This document shows, one piece after another, positions 13,815 through 26,699 of a stretch of 55,720 nucleotides of DNA; the stretch's first letter is position 1, and each line of letters begins with the position of its first letter. Under the pieces are notes generated by a model that worked only from the letters and a program-made list of their open reading frames with translations, searched no databases and had not been told where the DNA came from. Source of the DNA: Girardia tigrina (taxonomy: Eukaryota); contig MQRK01209524.1 in NCBI GenBank assembly GCA_001938485.1, positions 16,376 through 72,095 on the forward strand. Reading direction: 5' to 3'. The translations under genes and the position numbers were made by a program.

Positions 13815-15390
13815 TTGTTATACCAAAGCTATATTTATGTAATCATTGTGTAATTTGTAAACCATAAAAATACTTTCCATATAGTTGAAGAAGGTGGTGT
13901 TTGCATATGGATTTTAGGATCAAAGGATTCGATCCCGTCGAGATAGTCTGGGTTCCATCACGGATTGAATATGGTCGCCTGGAATGTTGAGGTTTTCTAC
14001 AACTCTTTCTTCTGTGTTACTTGTTGTACTGATTTGCGCTGGTGTCATTTTTGGTTCTCTTATTTCTTCTGTCTCCTCCAATTTATGATCCCGGTAGAGG
14101 TACCTGATCAGCCACCCCTTCGTTTTGTACGACTTTTTACATAATGTACATGGGAATGGTAATTGCTGTTGTTGTATCTCGTTGGGCTGATCAGGATTAG
14201 CGGAAGTGGACACCGCGTGGTCCCTTTTCATGTGTTTGTTCAGCTTCTTCTTTTCGGCAAACTCCATGTAGCATCTTTCTACTGGACATTGGCGACGTTT
14301 ATCTCTCTCGTTGATCAGCTTCGGCCCAGTTGTTCTTGTCCTATTGAGTATTCCTGATCGAATTAAGTAGTTTATGTATGTTACAGTAAGGTCTCTGTTA
14401 AAGATGTGGTTAATCAAGGCTCCATACACTGCATCATCGCCAAATAGCCCCTGTATGTTATCTAGAAGGCATTCCGAGATTGATTACTTCTTCATCCCAC
14501 TGATCTTTTTTCCCATCTGTATTTCTCTCCTCCAGATTTGTTTGATTGTCTCGTAATCCACTAAAGTTTACGTCTTAGTGTGGAAAGTAATCCTTTTACT
14601 CACGATAATATCCATGGGATGTGGGAGTCCAATGTCCAGAATGTCAATATGAATCTTTTCAATCTTGCGTTTCTTCTTAACTATGCGAGTGCATAGACTA
14701 TGAAGAGCATGCAACTTCTTAATGCTTTTGTCCGCACTTTCCAGCTTTCACAGCCGTAGTAGACTACGGAGAATATGCATGCGTTGATAACTTTCTTCTT
14801 ATTCATCATACTTCTAATAACCCATCTAGTTTCCAAGGATCCACCACGGGAGGAGGGTAACACAGATTCCAATGATGAGTAATATTACTATCACTTTCCC
14901 TTTGATTATGTTCCTGAATTCGTTTTAAAGAGATGATGACTCTTCTCTCAGATGTTTGTAGCGTCATACATATTACATTGATACTGAAAAATTTAATTAG
15001 CACTAAAACCAATCTTACATTATCTAGACAAAATTTTTAAATTCAATAAATTATTTTCGTCATGTTTCATAATGAGGTTTTAGAATTTTCTGAATCCTTC
15101 AGATTAGAGAATAATCAAAATAAAACCAATATTATCATAATTATTATTATCTATCTATTTTTTTATTTTTGTCACTATTTATAGTATTATTTAATTTTTC
15201 TTTTTCATTTTTCGATTTAAATAATTTATCGACAGTTAATCGAGTTAATATTTCAACTATCAATTCGGAATATCCATTTTATATAACAAATTCATCAACT
15301 TATTATTACTTTCGTAACATTTAACGAATGTAGATGAAAGTGTCAAAGATCTATAGATTTATAGATTATGTATAGATTATCTAAGATATG
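13815..15390 (-). mobile_element. PLE remnant (linker + GIY-YIG + 3' tail) interrupted by an RTE fragment
   Basis: IYRSLTLSST..NGYSE linker (~15260-15360). FQYQCN..KRIQEHNQRESDSNITHHWNLC (14861-14990). IESFDPKIHMQ (13900-13933). The tail aatcattgtgtaattt is shared with 22550-22585. Confidence 0.75.
13934..14860 (-). mobile_element. RTE-type LINE fragment with two C2H2 fingers (same family as 6640-7850)
   Basis: ORF track gives FSVVYYGCESWK (RT thumb), CPVERCYMEFAEKKKLNKHMKRDH and CTLCKKSYKTKGWLIRYLYRDH. YKT.GWL.R is shared with the 7180 ORF. Confidence 0.8.
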
Positions 15391-15409
15391 AAGTTTATTA
15401 TGTAGTAAT

Positions 15410-15712
15410 TCTATCACTCCAACTGGTTTATGTTCCAATTTAACCTATCAGTTTCAATGTAATGGGTGTGATGCCCCATATATCGGAGAAACCTGTATTC
15501 ATCTCTGCTCTAACCGATACCGGAACATAATTGAATAGTAAATTTGTTCAACGTATAAAGAAATGTTTGAATAGTAAAGTTGATTTAAATAATTTTAAGA
15601 TTTTTGTTGACAGTTTAATAATTACTGGGAGAGGGTGATGTTTGAAGAATTGAGAATATATCATTTTTAGTTTAGTCTAATGATGACAGTTGGTCTGTCG
15701 ATATTAAAAAAT
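15410..15712 (+). mobile_element. Inverted PLE 3' segment (GIY-YIG) ending in a decayed hammerhead motif
   Basis: LCSNLTYQFQCNGCDAPYIGETCIHL..NNFKIF..NYWERVMFE, then tttagt-CTAATGA-T-GACAG-TTGGT-CTGTC-GATA-TTAA at 15671-15707, with two core mutations and a perfect stem II. Confidence 0.8.
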
Positions 15713-16149
15713 GTATATTATGATGTACGTTTTTTGAGTTTATAAAACTATATATCATAATTTTAAAATATTTATATGGATTAATTAAATGTTTAATAAA
15801 ATGTAATTAATCATAACCTCCTTAGTTTAACTGATTAAGTCCTGGCAATCTTTAATCGGAAGTAAAGATACTTAGTAATAAGCTTTGGTACTTGTATTTC
15901 CATGGTTGATTTACCATGAAATTTATAATTTTCTAGTTATTATAGCGGAAAAAAAATATTTAACTATTAAAATTCAAAAAGTTTAAGAAAAATCAACAAA
16001 ATTACCAAATAAATTAAAATATTAATAATATTATTACTATTGTTATTTACTATTAATATTACTATTGTTATATTTAAATGAATAAAAATTTCTACAAGAG
16101 AATTTCTTTTTTTAAAAAAAAATTTATTTAACATTAAAAACAAGAAAAA

Positions 16150-16380
16150 GGTAAGAGAAGCCTCATGGGTCGTTCAAAAAAGAGTAAGAAATGGCCATCA
16201 AAATTGCTGACATGATCAGCCAGACACAGGAGAAAAAGCTGTCATTTCGCTCGTCCGAGATCACTAACTAATCAGGGGGATGTTACCGGTCTCACAACGG
16301 AACATGGCGCAGCATCCCCCATCCATTGATGAATGACATATACACTAAATTATGGATTCCCTGCTCCGTGTCACAACTAA
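16150..16380. promoter_or_regulatory. Candidate enhancer
   Basis: Four TGACA/TGTCA sites in ~180 bp of non-TE sequence. Confidence 0.4.
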
Positions 16381-17141
16381 TTTTCTTGATGAATTTTTTA
16401 TCATTATTTGCTTGGTCTAATTAATACAAATGCAAAATATTTTATTATGTTGTTTTTTTTCTTGTTTTGTTTTAAAAGAAACAAGTTGAAAAAATTGCGT
16501 TTCTATTGTTTCAGTTTTAGACAGAAAGAAAGTCATTTTTTTGGGTTTGATTATTGCTTTTGAAAAAGAATAATAAGTCTCCAATCTCGACAGATGGTTC
16601 ACTTTCTAGCGGGGTCGGATCTTTGGTTTTTATTGAAATAAGAAAACTTTTTCAAGGGTTATTATTGCAATTATTAACGCTTTGAAATTGTATTGATGTT
16701 TTTTCTATGAAAAATATGGCGTGGTTTTTCATTTGTTTATTATTCATTGAAAGATAAATACAATAATGAAAACAAAATAACCACATGTCAGAATTGAAGA
16801 TTGTTTGATAAATTAAAATTATGGATTGAAAATATATTAAATAAAATCATTACAATATTATTTTGGTTTTATTATAGTCATGGAAGTAGTACAATTAGTC
16901 CATGATAGAACCCCTTGGGATTCGTACCCTTATCCACATTACCACCTTCTAGATTATAAATTAAAATGAAGCATCTCTCAAGTTTAACACTTTCATGACC
17001 GGCTTATTTTTACAAAAATTTGACTCCTAAAATTGCATCTATTTTCAATTAATTGAGCACTACCTTTCTTGGGGACACAATTTGCAGAATGGATTTGATT
17101 AACTTTGAAATCTTATTCAATTTGAGATTTTTCTTTATTAA

Positions 17142-17375
17142 CCCATTAACGTCCAACGTCCCTTTTTTTGGGACGCATATTTATATGGCTTTAAAACCAT
17201 GGCCATTGTAAATACGTTATTTTTATTTTACACAGCAGGTTACTTATTGTGTATTCTAACTATAATATAAGAACAAATGCTAAATTCGTACACTACCCTT
17301 TTAAAGACTGTAGAAGATGAGAGCAATCAATATTTTTCAAATAAATGTCATGGTTGAATTTTGGCCCTTCATGGG
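17142..17375. mobile_element. piggyBac-like MITE
   Basis: TTAA|CCCAT...ATGGG|TTAA ends. The TIR is short and imperfect. Confidence 0.5.
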
Positions 17376-20300
17376 TTAAGATTTATGATTTTATAACACA
17401 TAAAACAATCAATTTATTAATAAATATTTATAATACTTGAATTTTTGAAGCATATTTTAACACTGACGTGAAACACAAAGTAACTGAAAAGTTTATTTCG
17501 AAGAAATTGAGAAAAAATCGAATATACTTACCTCAATGGCACTTTAAAGCCATCCCCAAATGATTAATATATATTAATTGGTACTCCATTAAAATTGATA
17601 ATAATGATAAAATATAAACTAATCAACATCCTCTTTTATTTGACACCTTAAAGCTTTGTGCATTGTTAAGATTTTGGGGAGCTCATATATATTTTTGAAT
17701 TTTAATACTTAAAATCTATCAAGAAAATTTTCAAAATATTTCAAAATATTTCATACTTTTAAATATAGCAGAAGAAATTTTAGAGTAAAAATTATGTTTT
17801 ATAAATTAGAATATTAGAAAATTTTAGGTTTAAAAGGATTTTAAATTAAAATCTAAAATGAGAATTTTATAGTTTAAACATTATTATAAAATTAAATTAA
17901 TTAAGATTTTTTAAAAAAATATGTTTTAACGATTAAAATCGAAATTTTATGATTAAAATATTTCTGATATGAAGATTTTTAAAAAAAATCAATTAAAAGA
18001 AAAGAATTTTCACAAAATATTTGAAGGGTAAAATTTTAATAAAAGAAATATTATAAAACTAATTTTTTGAATTCAAACAAAAGAAATAATAAATTGAGTA
18101 TTCGTATTTATATTACATTATCTTTATGGATAAAAGTTTTGTGCAAAACAAAAATTATTCCTTGAAAAAATTGTCCAAAAAATGTGTATAATAAAATTTT
18201 AGTGTTATGACTCCAACTTTTGATGTCGAACCTAAGATACATCAGACGATTCAGAATTTCATCTTAACATCTCTCAAGTTCCTTCTTTTGAATGTACAAA
18301 AATAATTTCTTTTTAAAAGATTTAATACATTTCATCCAGGAACCGAGTTTCTAGTGATTAATTACAACTGGTTTTCAAGGTTTTAAATAATTTTAATTAA
18401 ACATACTAATTCTCAAATATTATCAGTTCGTAAATTTAGTTCCTACATAATTTGATAAATAAACATTGAAGTGAAAGACACCCGAAAATATTTAGGTAAA
18501 TAATCAGAGTCTTCCACTGCTGTTTGTTTGGTTTACTCAAGTCTGTTTAATCAAGACTTTGAGTACTTCAACAATAAATTAAAGAATATTGCGCAACTTT
18601 TCTATATAATTATTGAAAAAGTTCGAACTAAAATACATGTTTCATGAACGACTTTATACGAAAAAAGAATTTATTACAAGAATCATGTCAAAAAAACAAG
18701 ACAACTGTGTCGGACACCCGACAAATGTTCATTTGAAGATAGAAAAAAATTAATTTTTCGGTAAAAATTATTTGGACCCATGCTGGACCAACAACAGAAA
18801 AAAAACAGTACTGACATTTGAAAATAATATTTTTAAATTATTTTTATATTTTTAAATAAACAAAAAATTAATAATCAAATATATAAATGAATAATTTAAT
18901 TTAAATATATTTCAATCTGATTTTGGCATAATAATTAAAATGATAATATAATAATAATAATATTAATAATAATAATAATAAAATTTCTTCTAGGATGTAA
19001 AATTTTAATTTTTAATAAATGTTTAAAAAAGTTTTCATTGTAAAATATAAGTTGAAATATAAATGTAATAAAGCAGTTTCAACAATAAAAAAAATATACT
19101 GTTGAAATTACTTTTATTATATTGTAATAATAAAATAATAAAAAATATGATATTTAAGTATAAGTATAATTGAGAAAACAGAATAACTACTAAGTATAAA
19201 AAGATACTTGATAGAACTGCAAATAATATGTTATGGATAATGTTAAAAGGATCAATTGTTGTTCTTGCTTTGTACTTTATTCATACACCTTTCTTCTCGT
19301 ATTGATAAAATTTGTTGGTATAACTTCTTGTTTTTCTTGCACTTCGAAATAAAATCCCGTAAATACAATCAAAAAGATAATTGTCGAAAGTCTCCAAGTC
19401 AGATAATAATTCATGGTAAGTAATTAACATTAATATAACATTAATATTCTTTATTGATTTTTTTATCTCAATATATTTTTTTTAATTTAATTTTTTATGA
19501 TATTCATTTAACTTTTTTTTCCGTTTCTTTCTAGTCTTCCTTCTTTTAAACTCTATTTTTTATTTTTTCTTTTGGTTTTCCTAGTGAATTAAAATAGGAT
19601 TTTTCTTACTTTACAAAAATTAACAAATAAAAATAATCATAATAACAAAAAAGATCACTACATAAAATGAATAAAAAAATACACAGAACAACATTCAGTC
19701 AAAAGAAATATTCTCAGGATTTATTACAAAAAAATAAAATAAAATATAGATATAAATATAACTTGGTTTATTTTAGATATTAATAAAATATAATAATATA
19801 ATATAAATAAAAATACCCATAAATTTATTTTATATATCAAAAAAATGATCGGGCAAGACAATAGGCATAAAAAAAGAGGCGTAAAGCGGGGCCCCTGTAC
19901 AACAAAAAACGTATACTGAAATTAATCAATTTAATTAAATATAAATGAATGAAAAACTGAAATTCAAATTTTATTAAATAAATATCATTTTACGAAACAA
20001 AATTCCGTGATAAGACTCAGCTGCAGTTAACATATAACAAATACATGTAAGATATATACTTCTCGTTTTTGTATAATTACCGTTATTTAAAGTTATCAAT
20101 TAAAAGAATGGAATTCATATGTTTTAAAGAGTAATTTGAGAGGTTAATTTCGATAAAAAATTCAGATTTTTACCCTGAAACGAACCGGTAATAACTTCAA
20201 ATACCACAAACACATTTGATGTCTTTACTACTGAATAATGCTCAATATTATTAAGAATATATTTTGTTTTATGATGTATGGATATTGAATCCTTTTCATC

Positions 20301-21164
20301 CAGGAAAACAAACCTACCTAAAGGAATGTTAATGATTTCAATTCCGAACATTTTGCTGGTGTGGAGAAGTCTGGAAGAGTTCTCTTCAAAACTTGGTTAA
20401 GATAAAATTTGATATGATCAATAAATTTGATTTCTTAGAAAACTTGAAGAAACTAATAAGAGAATTTCATTATTACAACATTTATTACAATTACAATTTG
20501 GACCATCTTTATGACAATCCGTATTGGTGCTTTCACTCATATTCATTGATCAAAGTTTAATAATTTTCCTCCTAAAATCTGAACTACCTTGAACCTACAT
20601 ATACTTTTAAAAATATTTTCCACAAATAGTAAAATTAAAATTATTCTTAGTTATTTAAAAATAATTATTTAATTTCCTAATTTGTAAATTTAAAAAAAAT
20701 AATAAAATTATTTAGAATTTAAAATCATAATAAATTAAAAGTAAATTTGAATAAATTAGTTTTAGATAATAAAATTTAAAATATTATGTATTGAACAAGT
20801 TAATTTTTATAAATTGACCCACTTTAAAATTTTAATTTTTTAACATTTAATCTGAAATTATTATTTGGTCATCGTCATAATCTTAAAATGGAAATTAATT
20901 GAGCACAAAAATTGAATAATTAACTCTTAATTCAATTTTTGTAAGTAAAAAAATAATCTTGTTTTAATAATCGTTTCTTGTTGAATAATAAAAATTGCTC
21001 ATGTTTGTTAATTTAATTTTTTTATCGGCAAACTATACGTACAGTCCCTGCCACGAATTAGTCATCTGAGTAGGAGAGACAATCACAAATCGACACACAA
21101 AATTCAAACAAAAAACATCAACAATACAAAGACAGGAATCAAGGAAGGTAAAGTAATATACTCG

Positions 21165-21166
<2 letters not shown>

Positions 21167-21204
<38 letters not shown>
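21167..21204. repeat. (TA)n microsatellite
   Basis: Seen directly. Confidence 0.95.
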
Positions 21205-21208
<4 letters not shown>

Positions 21209-22479
21209 GTATGTGTATATTAATTAGACTAACCATAAGTAATTATTTATTTTCAGTTATAATTATAACTTATAATTAAATAAACTCATTTATTTATTTA
21301 TATATTTATTTATAGTGCAATGCGAAAGAAATTCCCGAAAGTAAAACTTATTTCCAAAGTATTAAACGAATCAGAAAACCAACCGGTCGTTTTCGACAAA
21401 GTCGCGTGGTCGTAGCAATTGTCGGCCTGGTATTAACAATCACAGATAAATTGTACATTAAAATTAAAGTCAAACGTTTTGTTTTTCGTAATTTTTGAAG
21501 AGAATTGTAAAATATCCATTTTAAATTAACTAATTATCCCAATCATTGGGAATACAGAAAACAAAAACATAAGGTGATTCGCTTTGCATTAAAAATGTCA
21601 TAAACTGTTATAAGTTGATCTTTAAAAACGGTGCGTCGTATGTCAAATATAAGGGGATTCCTTTTTTAAAATTAATTTTGATATGGTTTAAAACTGTCGT
21701 CTGAGGAAGTTAATCAAATCTGTCGTTATTCTAGAAAGAGTTTAATAATTTTAGATTAATTTCGGCTATCGGTGACCAAGACTCTAATTGGAAATGAATA
21801 ATATAGTTTCCAACCATCCCCATCGATAGGCGTTATCAATTTTATTAATTATCTTTACTTTCCTTTTAACAAAACTATCTAAAAATTTACATACATACTA
21901 AAAATCATTTAGATGACATTTTATTTTTCATGTCTTTTGATATGAATTCATCCAACTCCAAAAAATAAATTAAGAAGAACGAACTCAAACGTTCAGTTCC
22001 ACTTAGAGAACGCTTGAATGAATGAAAATGGGCAACACGCACTTCTCAACGAAATCTTGTTAACCCAAAATACGAAATCCTATTTATCGACTTGATAAAA
22101 AGAAATTACTTCCATCTCTATTAAAACGGTTTTTCTCTTACTTTCGACCGAGTGTAAAACTCGTCCGATTGTTAAACTAAATTAAAATTATCCAAAATTT
22201 TCTAACAAATTTTTCATATTATTTTTTGGTCGTTTAAACCCTTTTTTATTGTCCTTCGTAGTAAGATAGAAGTATCATTTTATTGAAAAAATATATAATT
22301 TTTTATTTAGTTCATAGCGTGGACCAAAGATCAAATCGTGCTAAAATATAATATATAAAATTTTAAAAATCATAAAACATATCTTTGTGTCAATTAATTC
22401 TGATAATGTATTCTATAAATATTTAAAAAATGATGATAAATTAATTATAAAAGTCACAAAAAACGAACATTATAAAACA

Positions 22480-22522
22480 TTATTATTAATTTCGACGTAT
22501 CGAGCGTCATCATCAGACTAAA
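22480..22522 (-). ncRNA. Minimal type-I hammerhead ribozyme motif in a PLE tail
   Basis: tttagt-CTGATGA-T-GACG-CTCGATA-CGTC-GAAA-TTAA-TA. Core intact, stem III palindromic, stem I weak. Adjacent 22545-22585 matches the PLE tail at 13818-13857. Confidence 0.75.
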
Positions 22523-22585
22523 TTTACAATGACAAATTCGCATTTATAGACCAAAGCAATGTTTATGTAATCATTGTGTAATTTC

Positions 22586-22926
22586 GTGACTAGACGTTTC
22601 CTCACGTGACATTTGCTCACCCTTATGTTTCCTCAGATGATATTTGCTCACATGGACATTGCTTATATTTTTTACATCCAATTTTTTATTTAATCAGACT
22701 TTCAAATTTTGTAAAGAAATATTTGTAAAGTTGTTTAAGTTTTTTTCTATAAATTAAAATGGGATTGAAGAAAAGAAATAATTTCCAAATTGCATTATTT
22801 TCGATTTGTAATTAAAAAAATTTATTGAAAAAACTTTTGTTAAAAGCATTTTTTGATGACAAAATATGTCGACATGCGAGCAAATTTCATGTGCGGAAAT
22901 GCCATGCGAGGAAATGTCCTGGAACC
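22586..22926. mobile_element. MITE with subterminal repeats (acatttgctcac / gagcaaat)
   Basis: Repeated units at the left end are mirrored in inverted orientation at the right end (gaggaaatgtcctggaacc). Confidence 0.55.
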
Positions 22927-23496
22927 AATACATATACATTCTTAAATTTCAGTAAAAGTCACTATGTGTATATCCATTTAGCGAATGCCAGGAACAATCA
23001 GCTGAGCAAAAGGTGTAGGAGAAGACATGCAAAAAAGAAATACAAATAATAATAATTTATCTATGTAAAAAATTAATCAATAAATTGGATAAAAGTAATC
23101 TGGAATTTAATCAAAATTAAAATTACAACTTACCCCAGCTATAGAACTCTTCTTAAATTATAGAATATGATATTTTGACTATTTTCTCCATATAGTCCTT
23201 TCTTAACCCGCGATTGTGTACATAACTTGTCTCATGTAACTTTGATGTTGTGAACTATATGTTTTTGTATACATTTTGTCCATCAAGTGTTCTTTAAGGA
23301 TATTTAAAATTAGAAGACGAATTCCAAAAAAAAATAATATTTACTGATAAAATCTCCCGTTAATTAACATTTTATTACCTTATACAGGGTGTGTCATAAG
23401 TCCCTACGAGTTCAATGTGACTAAAATATGGGAATCTATGTTATTAGATAATTTGAATAATTAATTATGTACTTGTAAATTAATAGATTAATAATA

Positions 23497-24730
23497 TTAG
23501 GTGTACAAGTATGAAATGCGGATTTCCGAAAACGGATTGTGCACAATGCAAAAAGTAGGTCAATGGTTAGGCAATGATGTCATAATATTGAGTAATTATG
23601 TAGTGTCTCATACGTAACTCATAAATTGATAAAGCGTTTTAATAATNNNNNNNNNNNNNNNNNNNNNNNNNNNNNNNNNNNNNNNNNNNNNNNNNNNNNN
23701 NNNNNNNNNNNNNNNNNNNNNNNNNNNNNNNNNNNNNNNNNNNNNNNNNNNNNNNNNNNNNNNNNNNNNNNNNNNNNNNNNNNNNNNNNNNNNNNNNNNN
23801 NNNNNNNNNNNNNNNNNNNNNNNNNNNNNNNNNNNNNNNNNNNNNNNNNNNNNNNNNNNNNNNNNNNNNNNNNNNNNNNNNNNNNNNNNNNNNNNNNNNN
23901 NNNNNNNNNNNNNNNNNNNNNNNNNNNNNNNNNNNNNNNNNNNNNNNNNNNNNNNNNNNNNNNNNNNNNNNNNNNNNNNNNNNNNNNNNNNNNNNNNNNN
24001 NNNNNNNNNNNNNNNNNNNNNNNNNNNNNNNNNNNNNNNNNNNNNNNNNNNNNNNNNNNNNNNNNNNNNNNNNNNNNNNNNNNNNNNNNNNNNNNNNNNN
24101 NNNNNNNNNNNNNNNNNNNNNNNNNNNNNNNNNNNNNNNNNNNNNNNNNNNNNNNNNNNNNNNNNNNNNNNNNNNNNNNNNNNNNNNNNNNNNNNNNNNN
24201 NNNNNNNNNNNNNNNNNNNNNNNNNNNNNNNNNNNNNNNNNNNNNNNNNNNNNNNNNNNNNNNNNNNNNNNNNNNNNNNNNNNNNNNNNNNNNNNNNNNN
24301 NNNNNNNNNNNNNNNNNNNNNNNNNNNNNNNNNNNNNNNNNNNNNNNNNNNNNNNNNNNNNNNNNNNNNNNNNNNNNNNNNNNNNNNNNNNNNNNNNNNN
24401 NNNNNNNNNNNNNNNNNNNNNNNNNNNNNNNNNNNNNNNNNNNNNNNNNNNNNNNNNNNNNNNNNNNNNNNNNNNNNNNNNNNNNNNNNNNNNNNNNNNN
24501 NNNNNNNNNNNNNNNNNNNNNNNNNNNNNNNNNNNNNNNNNNNNNNNNNNNNNNNNNNNNNNNNNNNNNNNNNNNNNNNNNNNNNNNNNNNNNNNNNNNN
24601 NNNNNNNNNNNNNNNNACAAATGTATCATTAGTAATGGAGCATATTTTGAATAAAGCTTTTTTATCGTTCTTTTGTTTTTAACGTATTTCTTTTCAAAAT
24701 TTAATCCGCATTTCATACTTGTACACCTAA
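23497..24730 (+). mobile_element. Nested Mos1-like (mauritiana-type) mariner, mostly hidden by the N gap
   Basis: Perfect 28-bp TIRs TTAGGTGTACAAGTATGAAATGCGGATT with TA flanks. The C-terminus KCIISNGAYFE* (24618-24654) resembles the mariner end KCV.SDG.YFE*. Span ~1.23 kb. Confidence 0.85.
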
Positions 24731-24829
24731 TAAATTGTAATTTAGTAATTTAGTGCAAACCCTAAAACTTTCTTTATATGCATTATTTCGTCATGATTTC
24801 ATGATATCATTAATTCAAATTTTCTTTTG

Positions 24830-25902
24830 CAAAAAGACTGATAGCAGTCCTTACTCTTTGGAATATCGTTTAATGGCTGCATTCTGGTACCACAAATATG
24901 GCAGTACTGTGACTGGAGTGAAGAATATGAAGAGAAAATTAAGGAAAAAAATTTGAAGGCGAGCCTCCAGATACCAGAGTTATTCAGACCTGGGAAATAA
25001 AGTTATTTCAGACAGGTTCCATTCTGGATTTACCTCGAGGTGGGCGTCCCAGGGAACGAGGTGATGAACAAGACAATGTGGAACAGTCGACACAAATGAA
25101 ACCACGTTTGTCTATACGGCAGCGAGTTGAAGAACTGAATATCCCTACAAATACACTTCACCGCACAATAAAAGAAGATCTGGGTAACAAGTGTTGGATG
25201 CCAACGAAGGTGCAGTACCTCAATGAGGAAGATCATTTCACTCGTGTGCAGTGTTGCCAGCAGATCTTGGCGAAATATGATAACAACACAAGACGCAGCA
25301 AGCGTTTCTTCAGAGATGAATGTGCCATGTACGCTGAAGATCGAGGTCAAATTATGATATCGTTATGGTCCAAGAAAAACCCTTATTGTTGGGAACGAGT
25401 GCAGCAGCACCCACCATCTGTAATGGTTTGGGCTACCATTTCAGCTTCACATTTGATTGGACCGTTCTTCATACATGTATCTATTACATCTGCGTCTTAC
25501 ATCGACATGCTAAAGTCAAAATTCGTTCCTGCTTTACAACGTAAAGGCATTCTCCTGTCCTCTCACTTCCAGCAGCATGGTGCGCCTGCTCACACGGCTC
25601 ACGCAACAAGAGACTTCTTTCAGCAGACTTTTCAGGACAGATGGGTTGGCAAATACGGACCAACGCCTTGGCCTCCACGGAGTCCTGATTTAACCTCCTG
25701 CGATAATGCCCTATGGGGTATTCTCAAACCAAAGATATTGGCTCACAAAGCTGCGGATGTCGACGAGCTGAAAGCAGCTATTACAGCTGTATTTCTTGAC
25801 TTCCCTCGAAATCTACTGGAACGAATCAATATGCGTACCTTCCGGCGTCTCCATCTCTGTGTTGCACATGACGGTTTACAGGTAGAGCCATATGACATTT
25901 GA
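24830..25902 (+). pseudogene. DD41D transposase, frameshifted, second catalytic Asp mutated to His
   Basis: N-terminal YSLEYRL..FQTGSILDLPRGGRPR lies in a frame shifted near 24950. Then FFRDE, QQHGAPAH (GAT>CAT) and WPPRSPDLTSCD, with 41 residues between the second and third catalytic positions. Confidence 0.9.
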
Positions 25903-26044
25903 TTCCTGCGATAATGTGGTGTTTAATAAAAGTTTTTACCTTATTGCCTTGAGTTGTTCTACTCGTAGGGACCTATGACACACCCTGTACATTACATTAT
26001 AATTGTTGATGGTGAAAAGTCAGTTCCGATAATCACTTTCTTAA

Positions 26045-26323
26045 CCTTCACTCTGTGCATTGGGGTCAAATGGACCCCAGTCTATTTAAAAAGCGATTTA
26101 AAAAAATCTGAATTATGTTTTGTTTCATTTATTAAAGCTTAATAAATTACATTTATTAAAGTTTAATAATCTTTTGTTATTAATAAGTTATTATAATTAA
26201 TAAAAATTTAAATAAAAACTAAAATTTTGTTAGTTTTCCTTACAAAATATATCAAAATGTATATGGGGTACGATTGACCCCTATGCACAGACGCCGGAAA
26301 ATTTTCAATGCACAGAGTGAAGG
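26045..26323. mobile_element. piggyBac-like MITE
   Basis: TTAA|CCTTCACTCTGTGCATTG...CAATGCACAGAGTGAAGG|TTAA: 18-bp perfect TIRs with a TTAA TSD. Confidence 0.9.
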
Positions 26324-26699
26324 TTAAAAAAAACTTTAACATAATTATTTTTCAAATATATATAAATATATATAAATTTATTTATTGAAAAAAAAAATTT
26401 ATTTCTTTAAATGATTTTTTTCCTTTCGAAAATAATAACAAAGAAACTCACCCAAAAATAATCAATTATTTATTTTAATTCATAAATAAATATTACAAAC
26501 AAAAACCAATGGGAAATTATTTTTTTTTGCTTGAAATTTTTTTTCGAAAATAGAAAAGAAATTATTTTTTTTCATTTTAATTGTTATTTATTTTTCGTGT
26601 TTTTATTTTAATTAAATAGAAAAACTGATTAAAAATTATTTTTAAAATATTTTAGGGTTTAGGAAAATCAAATTTGGTATCAATATAAATTTCAGTTCG

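Larger units (their letters stand above)
23385..25987 (+). mobile_element. Tc1/mariner DD41D (rosa/Visitor-type) transposon
   Basis: 27-bp TIRs CAGGGTGTGTCATA(A/G)GTCCCTACGAGT with TA on both sides. About 1.37 kb after removing the nested element. Confidence 0.92.

Noticed and set aside
23619-24716. Long ORFs of X residues (also 38183-38664)
   Set aside because: Artefacts of the N gaps. Only the KCIISNGAYFE* end is meaningful.
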